Source: an uncultured Candidatus Rokubacteria bacterium (GTDB lineage Bacteria; Methylomirabilota; Methylomirabilia; Rokubacteriales; CSP1-6). Taken from it: 64,000 nt of DNA. Below the pieces are notes generated by a model. It saw only the letters and a program-made list of their open reading frames with translations, ran no database searches and was not told the origin of the DNA. Location of the stretch: contig CAVXJS010000017.1 of assembly GCA_963762145.1 (NCBI GenBank), forward strand, positions 1 through 64,000, written 5' to 3'. The position numbers were made by a program, and so were the translations under genes. How positions within the stretch are numbered: the stretch's first letter is position 1; each line of letters opens with the position of its first letter. Positions 48,261 through 58,862 of this stretch are shown here, in pieces.

Positions 48261-48297
48261 GCGGGGGCTCCTTTCTCGAGAGCACGACTGTCAGAGA

Positions 48298-48344
48298 ACT
48301 GTGGAAGGGGTCCGTCTCGGCGGCAATAGGACCTTGGTCGTAGC
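48298..48344 (-). promoter_or_regulatory. Palindromic box and -10-like element upstream of the 48260 gene
   Basis: AATAGGACCTTGGTCGTAGC 48325-48344; minus-strand CACAGT starts at 48303 (31.5 bp). Confidence 0.7.
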
Positions 48345-48464
48345 TGTGTGGCCACGGGGCGGACGGGAGAGGGCACACGAGTCCGACATCGCGGATGTGC
48401 TGGACGCCCGCGCGGTGGGGGCGGACCTGACGGGTAGCGGCGTCCCCTCTGGGGACGAGTGCGG

Positions 48465-48905
48465 TCAGGTGGTCGTGGACGCGACTTCCACGCCGTTCAC
48501 CGTGTCGGTCGTCTTGTAGGCGCCGGGCGCGGTGATCTCGAGGAGCTCGACGTCCTCCGACCAGCCGGTCACCGTGTGTGACAGCCCCGGCGGGATGATG
48601 TGACAGTCGCCGGCCTTCAGCTTGTGCTCGCCGTGGCCGTGGTAGTGGAAGCTCATCCAGCCCTTGAGGACGTAGACGAAGAGGAAGTCGAGCTCGGTAT
48701 GCTTGTGCTCGGCGATCGGCGGCTTTGAGCCCGGCACGCCCCTGATCACGTGGGCGTCGTACGCGCCCCCGGTGGCCTCCTCGACGCCGAGCCGTCGGTA
48801 GACGAACTGCGGTCGCGGCGCGCCGTTGTTCGCCTGGATCGCCTCGAACTTCGTGTCCTCGTGGTGCGTGATGAGCAGCGACTGCTTGAAGTCGGTCTTC
48901 TGCAT
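48465..48905 (-). CDS. Cupin domain protein
   Basis: GGAGG RBS; HKH...YVLKGW...PPGLSH. Confidence 0.85.
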   Translation of the reverse strand: MQKTDFKQSLLITHHEDTKFEAIQANNGAPRPQFVYRRLGVEEATGGAYDAHVIRGVPGSKPPIAEHKHTELDFLFVYVLKGWMSFHYHGHGEHKLKAGDCHIIPPGLSHTVTGWSEDVELLEITAPGAYKTTDTVNGVEVASTTT

Positions 48906-48987
48906 GGTCAGCCTCCGGATAGAGTTGTGTGGCGCCCCCGCTATCCTACTCCCAGATAGGACCCCATCGCTGGGCAACCGTGGTGAT

Positions 48988-49425
48988 CTATCTCCGAACG
49001 GGTGCGCCCACGAACGTCGCGATGGGCTGGCCGGTCTCGACGATGTACGTCGACAGCATCCTCCCGGTTTCCGGGCCGAGGTCGCGTGCATTGTGAGGGG
49101 TCCGCGGGGGAATGAGGAATCCCTCCCCTGGGGGCAGCACGACGGTGGCACGTCCCTCCACCATCATCTCGACCTGGCCGGCGATGATGTATCCGACCTC
49201 TTCTCCGGGATGAGTGTGCCATCCGGATTCGACTCCTGCCGGAATCAATGTCTCCACCTGCACGATCTCGCGGCCAGGAATCGATGACGGCGAGCGCTGG
49301 ACTTCGCGCCGAGCGAGCTTGCTCGCCAGGGCGTCTCCACCGGTCTGTCCAGATAGGGGAGCCATGGAGGCGGCCACGCCGGCCAGCGCCACAGCTCCAA
49401 CCAGCAACCGAGCGATCCGTTTCAT
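48988..49425 (-). CDS. Secreted cupin domain protein
   Basis: Signal peptide; WHTHPGEE...IPPRTPHNA. Confidence 0.85.
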   Translation of the reverse strand: MKRIARLLVGAVALAGVAASMAPLSGQTGGDALASKLARREVQRSPSSIPGREIVQVETLIPAGVESGWHTHPGEEVGYIIAGQVEMMVEGRATVVLPPGEGFLIPPRTPHNARDLGPETGRMLSTYIVETGQPIATFVGAPVRR

Positions 49426-49438
49426 GGCCCAGGTCCTC

Positions 49439-52400
49439 TCACGTGTGCCGGCGCAACTGCTCCAGCGTCTCGTACACGGCCTGCACGCGTGGCCAGGCCA
49501 GCAGCGTTTGCCGGTAGTGCGGGTCGGGAGCCCCCGTCTCCATGCGCTCGATCGTTTCCACGGCCAGGGTGGCAGCCGAGAGCGCGTCGGCGGGGCGCCC
49601 GTCGGCGGCGCACGCCCGGGCGAGCAGATGCGCCGACTGCCAGGTGAGCGTGGGGTAGCCGATGCGCCGGGCGACGTCGAGAGCGTGCTGCAGCTCATCG
49701 ACGGCGCGGGCCGGCTGGCTCGCGCGCAGGGCCAGGTCTCCCTGCACCTGGTGGAACCAGCCGACATACTTCTTGGAGCCGGTCTCCTCAGCCTGGCGCA
49801 GCCCCCGCGCCGCCTGGGCCCCCGCCTCGCCGTCGCGCTGAAGCGCCTGGAGGGCCAGCGCGAGCCCGAATCGCAGATGCATGGACCACCGCCACCGGTG
49901 GGCCCCGAAGGCCTTCTCGGCGCGCACCAGGGTCTCCTCGAAGAGGCCCAGCGCCCGGCCCGGATCGCCCAGATGGAAGGTGTCGAACCCGATGTTGATC
50001 AGGGCGCTGATCTCCACGTTGCCGTTCTTGATCCGGTGCCCGATGTCCGCGCTCTCGCGGTCGAGCTCCTGCGCGCGGCCGAAATCGCCGAACTCCTGGT
50101 AGAGCCAGCCCATCGTGTTGGTCATGCGTCCGACGATGAACGGGTTGTCCCGCTCCCGGGCGAGCTCGCGACCGGCGCGAAGGACCTCGAGGGCCTCCTG
50201 ATAGTCGCCCCGGCCGATGTGCGAGAAGGCCCGGTTCGACATCGCCAGCACCTCGTTGAAGCCGTCGTGAACGGCGCGCGCCGCCGCTTCCGTCTCGCGG
50301 CTCCTGGTGATGGCACTCGCGAAATCGCCCTGCCAGTTGTGCTGCACGTCCAGCTGGGCCCGTGCCTGCACGATGATTCCGGGGAAGCCTCCCCGGTGCG
50401 CGATGCGGATCGCCTCGTCGAACTTCCGCCCTCCCTCGGCGAGCTTCGCTTCCATCTGGTCCACGGAGGCGAGGATGAAGAGACAGCGGGCCAGCAGCCG
50501 ATCGTCGCCGATCTCGCGCGCGATGTCGGAAGCCTGCTCGACCTGCGGCTTGAGCGTCGCGATCTGGTCCCACGAGAGCGCCATCCAGTGCGCGTAGGCG
50601 ATGTCGGCCAGGGCCTCGCCTTCGAGCCGCCGGTCGGACGCCTCGCGGGCCAAGGCGAGCATCTGGTTCGCCTCGGCGTGGGCCTCTTCCAGGTGCTGGG
50701 TCGCGGTCAGGACCTGGCACCGGCGCTGGTGCACCTCGGCCAGCCGGCTACGTGAGATCGCGGGCACGCGCCGCGCCGCCTCGATCGCCTGGGCATACAG
50801 ATCGAGGGCCACCGGACTGGCGTTGGCGTCCCGGGCCCGGTCGCCCGAGTGGACCAGGTAGTCGAAGGCCTTGGCCCAGTCTTCTCCCTGGGAGAAGTGG
50901 TGCGCCAGCTCCTCGTAGTGCTCGGCAAGCCGGTCGGGATAGAGCTCCTCCAGCGCGTACCCCACCGCCTGGTGCAGGGCGCGGCGTCGATCGCGAAGCA
51001 GGCTGTTGTAGGCGACGTCCTGGATGACCGCGTGCTTGAAGATATAGGCGGGCTCGGGCATCAGCCCCTTGTCGTAGATGATCTCGAGCGCCTGCAGCTC
51101 GCGCAGCAATGCGTCCATCTGCTCGCCCATCCCGGCCACCCGCCGCAGCAGGCGAACCAGGAACTGCCGCCCGATGACGGAGGCGAGCTGCACGGCCCGC
51201 TTGCCCTCGTCGCCGAGCCGGTCGAGGCGGGCCATGATGATGTCGTGGATGGTGCCGGGCACGCTGATCTCCCCGGGGCCCTTGACGAGGGTGACGCGAT
51301 CGCCGTCGCGGCGAAGCACCCCGATGTCGAGGAGGGTCTTGGCCACCTCCTCGATGAAGAGGGGCACGCCCTCCGCCTTGTCCATGAGGGCCGCGGTCAC
51401 CTCGCGCGGCAGCTCCGCCGCGCCCAGCACCCCGCGGGCCACCGCGAGGGCCTCGCTCTCGCCGAGCGTGGTGAGGCTGATCGTGGACTGGAAGCTGCGG
51501 GTCCGGAACGGCGGGGTGTAGCCCACCCGGTAGGTCAGGATGAGCATCAGGGGCACCGCGGTCATCGAATCGATGAGCGAGCCGATGTACTCCTCGCTTC
51601 CGCCGTCCATCCAGTGGAGGTCCTCTACCACCAGCACGAGCGGGCGGAGGCGTGCCTCCCGCCGCGTCAGCGCCCGGAGGGCCGCGAACAGGGAGCGGCG
51701 CCGACTCGCCGCGTCCATCGCGGCGATGGCGGGATCGCCCGGATCCACTGACAGGAGATAGCGGATGAACGGCACGTGCGGCGCGAGCTCGCCAACGCCC
51801 TGCGCGCCGTGCTCGACCCTGGCGATGATCTCGGGCTCGCCGTCGAACTCCTCGATCTCGAAGCTCTTCCGGAGCAGGTCCACGAGCGGAAGGAACGGGA
51901 TCGACTGGCCGAACGACACGCATTGTCCTTCGAGCCAGGTCACGGGGAGGGCGAGGTCGCCGAGCGCGCGTCGCAGCTCGTAGAGGAGGCGCGACTTGCC
52001 GATCCCCGCATCGCCGGCCACGAACACGACCTGCCCCCGCCCGGCCGCCGCCTCGCGGAAGCGGTCTACCAGCAGGGCCAGCTCGCGCTCGCGCCCCACG
52101 AACGTGGTGAGACCTCGTTCCTGGCCGATGTCGATCCGCGACCGCGACCCGCGCGGGCGCAGGACCTCGAACGCGTGCGCGGCCTCGTGCCCCTTCACGG
52201 CCAGGAGACCGAGGTCGCGCGTTTCGAAGAAGCCCTCGACCGCCTTGTGGGTGGCCTCCGTCACGACCACTGTACCGGGCCGGGCCGCCTGCTGCATGCG
52301 GGCGGCGAGGTTGGTGGTGTCGCCCACCGCGGTGTAGTCCATGCGCAGGTCGTCTCCGATCCGCCCCACCACCACGGGCCCGCTGTTGAGCCCGATGCGC

Positions 52401-52942
52401 ATGGCGACCGTGAGCCCGCGCTCGGCCTGCAGGCGGCGGCCGTGCTCCGAGAGGGCGCGCTGGATGGCGAGGGCCGCGTGCACCGCGCGGCGGGCGCTGT
52501 CCTCGTGGGCGATGGGCGCCCCGAACAGGGCCATCACCCCGTCGCCGGTGTACTGGTTGATGGTCCCCTCGAAGCGGTGGACCTCGGCGGTGATGAGCTC
52601 GAAGCACGCGTTGACGACGCGGTGTACCTCTTCGGGGTCCAGCTTCTCGGCCAGGCTCGTGAAGCCGGCTATGTCGGCGAAGAGCACCGTCACCTGACGG
52701 CGCTCGCCCTCCAGTGCCGAGCGCGACTTGAGGATCTTCTCGGCCAGGTGTCTCGGCGTATAGCTCCGGGGCGCCGCGGTCGGGGCCTTGGGGCCAACCG
52801 GCTCGCCACACTCCAGGCAGAACTTCGCCGAGCCCGGCAGCTCGGCCTGGCACTTCATGCAGGTGAGGACCAGACGGGCGCCGCACTCCAGGCAGAACTT
52901 GGCCTGGGGCGGATTTTCATGCTGGCATCGTGGACACTGCAT
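49439..52942 (-). CDS. Double zinc ribbon-adenylate cyclase-AAA ATPase (STAND)-TPR protein
   Basis: Four CxxC pairs; GERRQVTVLFAD, GDG, GDTTNLAAR; GDAGIGKS, EDLHW; helical TPR-like C-terminus. Confidence 0.93.
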   Translation of the reverse strand: MQCPRCQHENPPQAKFCLECGARLVLTCMKCQAELPGSAKFCLECGEPVGPKAPTAAPRSYTPRHLAEKILKSRSALEGERRQVTVLFADIAGFTSLAEKLDPEEVHRVVNACFELITAEVHRFEGTINQYTGDGVMALFGAPIAHEDSARRAVHAALAIQRALSEHGRRLQAERGLTVAMRIGLNSGPVVVGRIGDDLRMDYTAVGDTTNLAARMQQAARPGTVVVTEATHKAVEGFFETRDLGLLAVKGHEAAHAFEVLRPRGSRSRIDIGQERGLTTFVGRERELALLVDRFREAAAGRGQVVFVAGDAGIGKSRLLYELRRALGDLALPVTWLEGQCVSFGQSIPFLPLVDLLRKSFEIEEFDGEPEIIARVEHGAQGVGELAPHVPFIRYLLSVDPGDPAIAAMDAASRRRSLFAALRALTRREARLRPLVLVVEDLHWMDGGSEEYIGSLIDSMTAVPLMLILTYRVGYTPPFRTRSFQSTISLTTLGESEALAVARGVLGAAELPREVTAALMDKAEGVPLFIEEVAKTLLDIGVLRRDGDRVTLVKGPGEISVPGTIHDIIMARLDRLGDEGKRAVQLASVIGRQFLVRLLRRVAGMGEQMDALLRELQALEIIYDKGLMPEPAYIFKHAVIQDVAYNSLLRDRRRALHQAVGYALEELYPDRLAEHYEELAHHFSQGEDWAKAFDYLVHSGDRARDANASPVALDLYAQAIEAARRVPAISRSRLAEVHQRRCQVLTATQHLEEAHAEANQMLALAREASDRRLEGEALADIAYAHWMALSWDQIATLKPQVEQASDIAREIGDDRLLARCLFILASVDQMEAKLAEGGRKFDEAIRIAHRGGFPGIIVQARAQLDVQHNWQGDFASAITRSRETEAAARAVHDGFNEVLAMSNRAFSHIGRGDYQEALEVLRAGRELARERDNPFIVGRMTNTMGWLYQEFGDFGRAQELDRESADIGHRIKNGNVEISALINIGFDTFHLGDPGRALGLFEETLVRAEKAFGAHRWRWSMHLRFGLALALQALQRDGEAGAQAARGLRQAEETGSKKYVGWFHQVQGDLALRASQPARAVDELQHALDVARRIGYPTLTWQSAHLLARACAADGRPADALSAATLAVETIERMETGAPDPHYRQTLLAWPRVQAVYETLEQLRRHT

Positions 52943-52980
52943 GCGGAGACCTTAGAGTGGCCGCGCGAAGCGGTCAAGGC

Positions 52981-53009
52981 TTGACCTGTGGCGGACAGCC
53001 TCCTATGAT
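52981..53009 (+). promoter_or_regulatory. Sigma70-like promoter
   Basis: TTGACC-N17-TATGAT. Confidence 0.6.
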
Positions 53010-53028
53010 CGTCGCCGGCGTGACATCG

Positions 53029-53577
53029 ATGTCTCATCTGTTCGGCTCCGCTGTGCTGCTCTTGGTCACCTTCCTGGGAATTCCCATGCTGACGACCGCC
53101 GCCGAGGATATCGACATGGCGAAGGTCCGAGCGCTGGCGGCACTTCCGGTGAACGAGATCTCCCGCGATTCCCCCGTGCGCGAGCTGCCCCGCGAGAGCT
53201 ACTGGAAGACCATCCGCGAGAGCCCCGTGCCGGTCGCGGTCATGTTCTATTCCGACGTCGATCCGGAATCGCAAAGGCTGGCAACCCTGGTGCGCTATGT
53301 CGCGATCAAGTACAAGGACAAGGTGGCTATCTATCGCGTGATGGTCGCGGCGAACGGCAAGCCCTCGAAAGCGATCGCGGCCGACTACGAGAAGAGCTAT
53401 AGCCTGGACAAGACTCCGGGCATTCTGTTCTACGACAATGACTCGGGGAAGATGGTCCTGGAGGGCGAACAGTACGTCGACGCGAACTTCAAGGAGTTTC
53501 GCACCCCGAGCCTGCTGCTGTGGAAGGTCTACTACAACGCGGTCTGCAGCTACATCGACAAGAACATCCTCGACTGA
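53029..53577 (+). CDS. Secreted thioredoxin-like fold protein without CxxC
   Basis: Signal peptide; PVAVMFYS...TPGILFY. Confidence 0.55.
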   Translation: MSHLFGSAVLLLVTFLGIPMLTTAAEDIDMAKVRALAALPVNEISRDSPVRELPRESYWKTIRESPVPVAVMFYSDVDPESQRLATLVRYVAIKYKDKVAIYRVMVAANGKPSKAIAADYEKSYSLDKTPGILFYDNDSGKMVLEGEQYVDANFKEFRTPSLLLWKVYYNAVCSYIDKNILD

Positions 53578-53579
53578 CC

Positions 53580-54431
53580 ATGGATCGGCCGGAGCCGAGC
53601 GAGGCGAGCGCGGCGGGCGCGGCGTGGACATCCGGAGACGCGGCGAGCGCATGGAAGAGGGGGGCGGCGGCACGTGGCCGGGCCCTGGATCCGATGACCG
53701 AGCTGATGCTCGATCTGGCCGGGGTCACGGTCAGCAGTCACGTGCTCGACCTGGGGGCGGGGACGGGCGACCAGACCATCTTGGCCGCCCGTCGGATCGG
53801 CCCGGGTGGCACGGTGCTGGCGACCGATATCTCCGCGGCCATGCTCGCGCTCACGGAGGAAGCGGCCCGTGCGGCCGGCCTGCCGAACGTTCAGACGCGG
53901 GTGATGGATGCGCAGCGCCTCGACCTCGAGGCCGGCTCGTTTGACGCGGCATTGGCCCGCTTCAGCCTCCAGTTCGTCCCGGACGTCCAGGCGGCGCTGG
54001 CTGAAGTCCGGCGGGTGCTGAAGCCCGGCGGCAGATTCGCGGCGATGGTTTTCTCGGCGGTCGAGCGGAACCCGTTTCGCGCCGTCCCGCAGGCGATCGC
54101 CAGCCGTCTGGCCGGCAAGCCGTTCCCCGAATCTGGTCCCGGACAGTGGGCGCTCAACGATGCGACCACGCTCCGGGGTGCGTTTCAGCAGGCCGTCTTT
54201 CGGGACGTGGACGTCCGGCCGGTGCCGTTCGTCTACCGATTCTCATCGCTCGCCGACGCCGTGCGGAATCTGGAGGAGGCGCAGCCTCCGCTCGTGAAGC
54301 TCATGCACGAGTTGAGCGAGGCTGACCGGGCCACCGCCTGGGCGGAGATCAAGCAGACGCTCCAGCCCTTCGTGGGGCCGGATGGGTTCGCAGCGCCGAG
54401 CGAAGCGTTGATCGCCGTCGGCATCGCCTGA
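53580..54431 (+). CDS. Class I SAM-dependent methyltransferase
   Basis: VLDLGAGTG, DISAAML, SFD, RRVLKPGG. Confidence 0.92.
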   Translation: MDRPEPSEASAAGAAWTSGDAASAWKRGAAARGRALDPMTELMLDLAGVTVSSHVLDLGAGTGDQTILAARRIGPGGTVLATDISAAMLALTEEAARAAGLPNVQTRVMDAQRLDLEAGSFDAALARFSLQFVPDVQAALAEVRRVLKPGGRFAAMVFSAVERNPFRAVPQAIASRLAGKPFPESGPGQWALNDATTLRGAFQQAVFRDVDVRPVPFVYRFSSLADAVRNLEEAQPPLVKLMHELSEADRATAWAEIKQTLQPFVGPDGFAAPSEALIAVGIA

Positions 54432-54509
54432 CAGATTCGAAAGGAAGGGACCGGAAATAGTCAGACCCTTGCTTGCCGAGAGGGGTAGGGCGTGAGCTAG
54501 AATCGGCAC

Positions 54510-54830
54510 GTGGCGCATCGGTACCCGCTCGTATTCGCGATCCTGATCTACCTCACGCTCGATCTGTCGATCCCCGCGATGCCGGGAGCGTTCGAGTTCG
54601 AGTGCGAGGACTCCGCGGAGGGCACGCGGGTGCGCGCTCGGTCTGCCGCCGAGGTCGTGGCCTTGCCCGCGTTGAGCCGCGATCCGGCGTCGGTGTGCGT
54701 ACCATTGCGTCTCGAAGGTGATGAACGGCCCACACCGCACGTGTCGGCTCAGCGGCGGGTGCGGCGCCTCGTCAGCTGGGATTCGCAGGCGCGGTACGAG
54801 ATCCCGCTGTCCTCCGAAGACCCCCACTAG
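54510..54830 (+). CDS. Hypothetical protein
   Basis: N-terminal hydrophobic helix, LDLS.PAMPGAF.F, C-terminal SSEDPH; TAGAAT just upstream. Confidence 0.5.
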   Translation: MAHRYPLVFAILIYLTLDLSIPAMPGAFEFECEDSAEGTRVRARSAAEVVALPALSRDPASVCVPLRLEGDERPTPHVSAQRRVRRLVSWDSQARYEIPLSSEDPH

Positions 54831-54910
54831 TCTCTCCCGCACGGTTTGGTGTCGGGCGACCCCTTGGCGGGGTCGCCTGTCCTGATCACTCCGGATACGA
54901 GGAGGCGACC

Positions 54911-55252
54911 ATGCCGAAAGTCGGACGCTTCGTCACCGATCCCCGGGCCGGCGCGTACTGTCAGATCACGCTCGACAGCGGCGAGAAGGTCGTCGTCAAC
55001 CACGAGAAGGGCGGCTTCAAGGGCGGTCCGCTGACGATCGAGGTCTCGAGGCTCATGGGCCTCCGCTCCGATCGGGTCTTCGCCTGCGACCTGGATACGC
55101 CACCGGGTCAGCGGGTGCTGGCCTGGCTGACTCGGGGCGCCGAGCCCGGCAGCATCGCCGCGACGCCGCTGGGGGCCGCGGTCGAGTTCGTCACGGACGC
55201 CGGGACGCTCGCCGAGCTGAGGGCGCGGTGCGCGGCGCTGGCGGCCGGCTGA
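54911..55252 (+). CDS. Hypothetical protein
   Basis: GAGGAGG RBS; coding-like codon usage. Confidence 0.7.
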   Translation: MPKVGRFVTDPRAGAYCQITLDSGEKVVVNHEKGGFKGGPLTIEVSRLMGLRSDRVFACDLDTPPGQRVLAWLTRGAEPGSIAATPLGAAVEFVTDAGTLAELRARCAALAAG

Positions 55253-55354
55253 CGGTCGCGGGGAGCGTCAGGGGACCCGTGTCGAAACGGCGCCGGCCCG
55301 GACGACTACGTGATGACCTGTGACGATCTCCAACCAAGCCAAGGAGGCACTGAC

Positions 55355-55800
55355 ATGTCGACGGTACGTTTACACCGCTTTCTCAAGGCGCCGCCGGAGC
55401 GGGTGTACAAGGCCTTCCTCGACCCCGAGGCGAAGGCGAAGTGGCTGCCGCCGCACGGTTTCACGGGGAAGGTGCACCGGATGGATGCGAGGGTGGGCGG
55501 CGGCTACAAGATGAGCTTCACGAACTTCGGCACGGGCCAGACCACAGCTTCGGCGGCACGTATGTCGAGCTGACGCCGCATGAGCGGATCCGCTACACGG
55601 ACCAGTTCGACGATCCGAACCTGCCCGGCCAGATGCAGGTCACCCTCGAGCTCAAGGCGGTCATGACGGGGACGGAGCTGAGCATCGTGCAGGAAGGCCT
55701 GCCGCCCCAGATCCCCGTGGAGTTCGCGTACCTGGGCTGGCAGGAGTCCCTGACGCTTCTGGCCTACCTCGTGGAGCCGGAGATCCCCGCGACCCCTTGA
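55355..55800 (+). CDS. SRPBCC/AHSA1 family protein (frameshift at ~55540)
   Basis: APPERVYKAF...WLPPHGF...MSFTNF, frameshift, then HSFGGTY...GWQESL. Confidence 0.82.
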
Positions 55801-55967
55801 TGACGCAGCAGGCCGGTCTGTAGCTGCGGACCGTGTCAATTTTTGGCTCAGCCCTGACACTTCGGGGGTGGTCACGCCTGCCCGCGTCTCCTATCGGTGG
55901 GAAGAGACAGGGGTTTTCCCTGGCGTGACCTTTGCTCCTGTCACCTTGGCTGGAGAGGTGACGGGGA

Positions 55968-56672
55968 ATGCCGAAGTTGACCCTGGTGAAGGAACGCAAG
56001 CCCCTGCGGGTGTTCGATGTGAACTCGTCCATCATCAACATCGGGCGCGCGGAGGACATGCAGCTGATGATCGACGACGCCTCCGTTTCTCGCCGGCAGG
56101 CCCAGATCCGCTTTGGCGCTCAGGGCAGCTGGACGATCGGAGATCTCGGCTCGATCAACGGCACCTTCCTGAACGGGCAGCGCGTGACATCAACGCAGCC
56201 ACTCAAGCGCGGCGACGAGATCTCGTTCGGCAAGTTCTCGTTGTTCTTCGACGGCGCCATCACCGAGCCGGCGAAGCCTGAGGCGGTGGCGGCGCCGAAG
56301 CCAGGAGGGGCGCTCACCGACACGGTGTACATGAGCGCCGAGGAGGCGGAGCGCCTGCGTCGCGCGGTGGCCCAGCAACGGCGCGCCCAGCTCCGGTGGG
56401 AGGCCAAGGGCCAGGACGGGACCTTCTTTCTGAAGGGCGGGGGCGCCCTGGTCGGGCGTAGCCCGCTGTGTGATCTTCAGGTGGCCGCCGGTCCAAAGCA
56501 GCATCTGCTCGTCCTGCGGACCCAGTTCGGGTTCGACGTGCGCAATCTCTCGTGGTGGTATCGCATGAAGGTCAACGGGTGGGCCCTGGAGCAGTCGACG
56601 CTCGAGAGCGGAGACGTGATCGAGATCGGCGGACTGCGCGTGACATTCCTCGACGAGCTCGTGGGGGCGTGA
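55968..56672 (+). CDS. Tandem FHA-domain protein
   Basis: IGR...VSRRQA...DLGSINGTFLNG...GDEI; second degenerate FHA (VGRS...LESGDVI). Confidence 0.85.
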   Translation: MPKLTLVKERKPLRVFDVNSSIINIGRAEDMQLMIDDASVSRRQAQIRFGAQGSWTIGDLGSINGTFLNGQRVTSTQPLKRGDEISFGKFSLFFDGAITEPAKPEAVAAPKPGGALTDTVYMSAEEAERLRRAVAQQRRAQLRWEAKGQDGTFFLKGGGALVGRSPLCDLQVAAGPKQHLLVLRTQFGFDVRNLSWWYRMKVNGWALEQSTLESGDVIEIGGLRVTFLDELVGA

Positions 56673-56679
56673 GGTCACG

Positions 56680-58149
56680 GTGCCCGACGTGGTCGTCGAT
56701 CGAATCAACCGTTACGAGATTCTGGCCGAGCTCGGTCGGGGCGCAACCGGTGTCGTGTACTGGGCCCACGATCCGGAGCTCGATCGACTCGTCGCCATCA
56801 AGACCCTTCGGCCCGCCCCCGAGCTGCCGGCGGAGCAATCCGGGATGCTTCAGCGGCGGCTGCGGAGCGAGGCGGCCGCCGTGGCGCGCCTCAATCACCC
56901 GAACATCGTCGCCATCCACGACATGGTCATCTGGCAACAGACGCCGTGCGTGGTCATGGAATACGTCGAGGGATGCACGCTGGCGAGTCTCATCATGGAA
57001 GGCCCCCTGGCGCCGGGGCGGGCCATTCACATCGCCCTCCAGGTGTGTGACGCGCTGGAATACGCCCACGCGCTCGGCGTGGTGCACCGGGACATCAAGC
57101 CGGGGAACATCCTGGTGAGCGCCACCGGTGTGGCGAAGCTCGGAGACTTCAGCATGGCGCCGCGGACCGGCCAGGACGGCGAGGCCGCGGCCCTGGTGGG
57201 GACGCCGGGCTACATGGCGCCCGAGTCGGTCATGGACGGGGCCACGGACACGCGGAGTGACCTGTTCTCGCTCGGCGTCGTGCTCTACGAAGCGGTGGCC
57301 GGAGTGCGCGCGTTCCCCGGTGTGGATCTGGCGTCGGTGCTCTATGACATCGCGCACGTCGAGCCCGCATCGCCGCGAGAGTACAACGCCGCGGTCACTC
57401 CTGCGCTCGCGGCCGTCATCCGGCAGGCCATGGGCAAACAGCCTGGCAGCCGGTACGCGAGCGCCCGGTTGCTCGCGCAGGCTCTCCTCGCGGCGCGCGA
57501 TGGCGGGGACGCGGCCCCGCGCCCCGGAGCGCGCTGGCCGGGTTGGCGATCGCTGATCGTCGCGCTGGTGGGCCTGGCGATCGCCGGGAGCTCGGTCGGG
57601 ATGCTGGAGGTCCGACCGCGTGTCGAGCCGCCGGCCCAGGTGCCGGCCATGACCGTCACGGCGGCCGACGTCTCGGCTCGTCCGAAACGGGCGGGGCTGG
57701 ATGAGACTCGCCGGCCGGTCGAGGTGAGCACCAGGGCGTCGGACGCGCCGGGCGCGATTCCACGTGCGGCGATTCCACGTCCGGAGAGGACTGGCCGCCG
57801 CGCTGTCGTCTCCCGTGCGCCTGAGGGGGGCCAGGCCGCGAGTCGCCCGGAGGGCTCGGTGCCGCTGCCTCGAGCCAGCGAGGCGGCCGAGACCGCGGCG
57901 TCGCCGCCGCAACGCCTTGGCTGCCTCAGCGTGAATGCGGTCCCCTTTGCCACCGTCCTGGTCGACGGCCAGGTGGCGGGGGAGACGCCCGAGGCATGTC
58001 TGCGGGTGAAGGTCGGGGAGCACCGGGTCCAGCTGCAGCAGGACGGCGATCGGAGCCCGGAGCGCGTGGTGCGGGTCGGCGAGCAGCACACGGCAGAGAA
58101 CCCCGTGCGGCTGAGCTTTGATTTCAGGTCGCGGCGGTTCGGAGAGTGA
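56680..58149 (+). CDS. Membrane Hanks-type Ser/Thr protein kinase with PEGA-like C-terminus
   Basis: GRGATG, VAIK, HRDIKPGN, DFS (for DFG), GTPGYMAPE; TM; VNAVPFATVLVDG...GETP. Confidence 0.88.
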   Translation: MPDVVVDRINRYEILAELGRGATGVVYWAHDPELDRLVAIKTLRPAPELPAEQSGMLQRRLRSEAAAVARLNHPNIVAIHDMVIWQQTPCVVMEYVEGCTLASLIMEGPLAPGRAIHIALQVCDALEYAHALGVVHRDIKPGNILVSATGVAKLGDFSMAPRTGQDGEAAALVGTPGYMAPESVMDGATDTRSDLFSLGVVLYEAVAGVRAFPGVDLASVLYDIAHVEPASPREYNAAVTPALAAVIRQAMGKQPGSRYASARLLAQALLAARDGGDAAPRPGARWPGWRSLIVALVGLAIAGSSVGMLEVRPRVEPPAQVPAMTVTAADVSARPKRAGLDETRRPVEVSTRASDAPGAIPRAAIPRPERTGRRAVVSRAPEGGQAASRPEGSVPLPRASEAAETAASPPQRLGCLSVNAVPFATVLVDGQVAGETPEACLRVKVGEHRVQLQQDGDRSPERVVRVGEQHTAENPVRLSFDFRSRRFGE

Positions 58150-58862
58150 GGATCACGATGAGCTGGAGCGCCAGGCATATCGGGCTGATCGCAGGGATGT
58201 GCAGCCTCGCGGTCTCGGGGTGCGCCACGCTGGACCAGACGGCGGAAAGCGTGGGGACGCCGATGAGGTACGCGTGGGCGGGGGCGGATAGCGGACTCCG
58301 CGCGAATCTGCAGCAGGGCTTGACCCAGCTCGAAGCCGCGGATGCCCAGGGGGCGATGCGCTCGCTGAACCGGGCCGTCTGGGATCTGCAGCGGATCCAG
58401 GATCGCGGACTGCGCATGGATGAGCTCGCGCGGGCCCACCGGGCGATAGGGGATGTCTACTCTCGCGTGCAGAAGCCGACCTGGGCGGAGGACGAGTGGA
58501 AGCTGGCGGCGACATTCGCCGCACGGTCTCGTCAGGCGGCCGTGGCGGGAGACGAACCCTCGCCGCTCGATCGAGGCAAGGCGGCGTATATGTCTGCGCA
58601 GTTCCGCGACTCGGTGTCGTGGCTTCAGCGCGCGCTGGTCGACCTCGAAGAGGCGAACGACCTCGTGGCACGCGTGAAGCGCCTCGAGGAGACGCGCTGC
58701 TACCTCGGCTTCGCCTACGTCGCTCTCGGTCAAGAGGAGCGGGCCAAGGAGGAGTTCCAGCGCCTGGTGGCACTGGATGCGGCCGCGACGTTCTGCTCGT
58801 GCGCGGCGGCGCCAAAGATTCGCCGACTGATCGTCGAGGTGCAGCGGAGCATGCCGCGGTGA
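58146..58862 (+). CDS. TPR-like lipoprotein
   Basis: Lipobox VSGC; YLGFAYVALGQEERAKEEF TPR pattern. Confidence 0.7.
   Translation: MRITMSWSARHIGLIAGMCSLAVSGCATLDQTAESVGTPMRYAWAGADSGLRANLQQGLTQLEAADAQGAMRSLNRAVWDLQRIQDRGLRMDELARAHRAIGDVYSRVQKPTWAEDEWKLAATFAARSRQAAVAGDEPSPLDRGKAAYMSAQFRDSVSWLQRALVDLEEANDLVARVKRLEETRCYLGFAYVALGQEERAKEEFQRLVALDAAATFCSCAAAPKIRRLIVEVQRSMPR

Noticed and set aside
49439-52942. STAND ATPase-TPR protein as a novel anti-phage (Avs-like) system
   Set aside because: The zinc ribbon-cyclase-AAA-TPR architecture is a familiar signalling family, and there are no nuclease effectors or defence-island neighbours.
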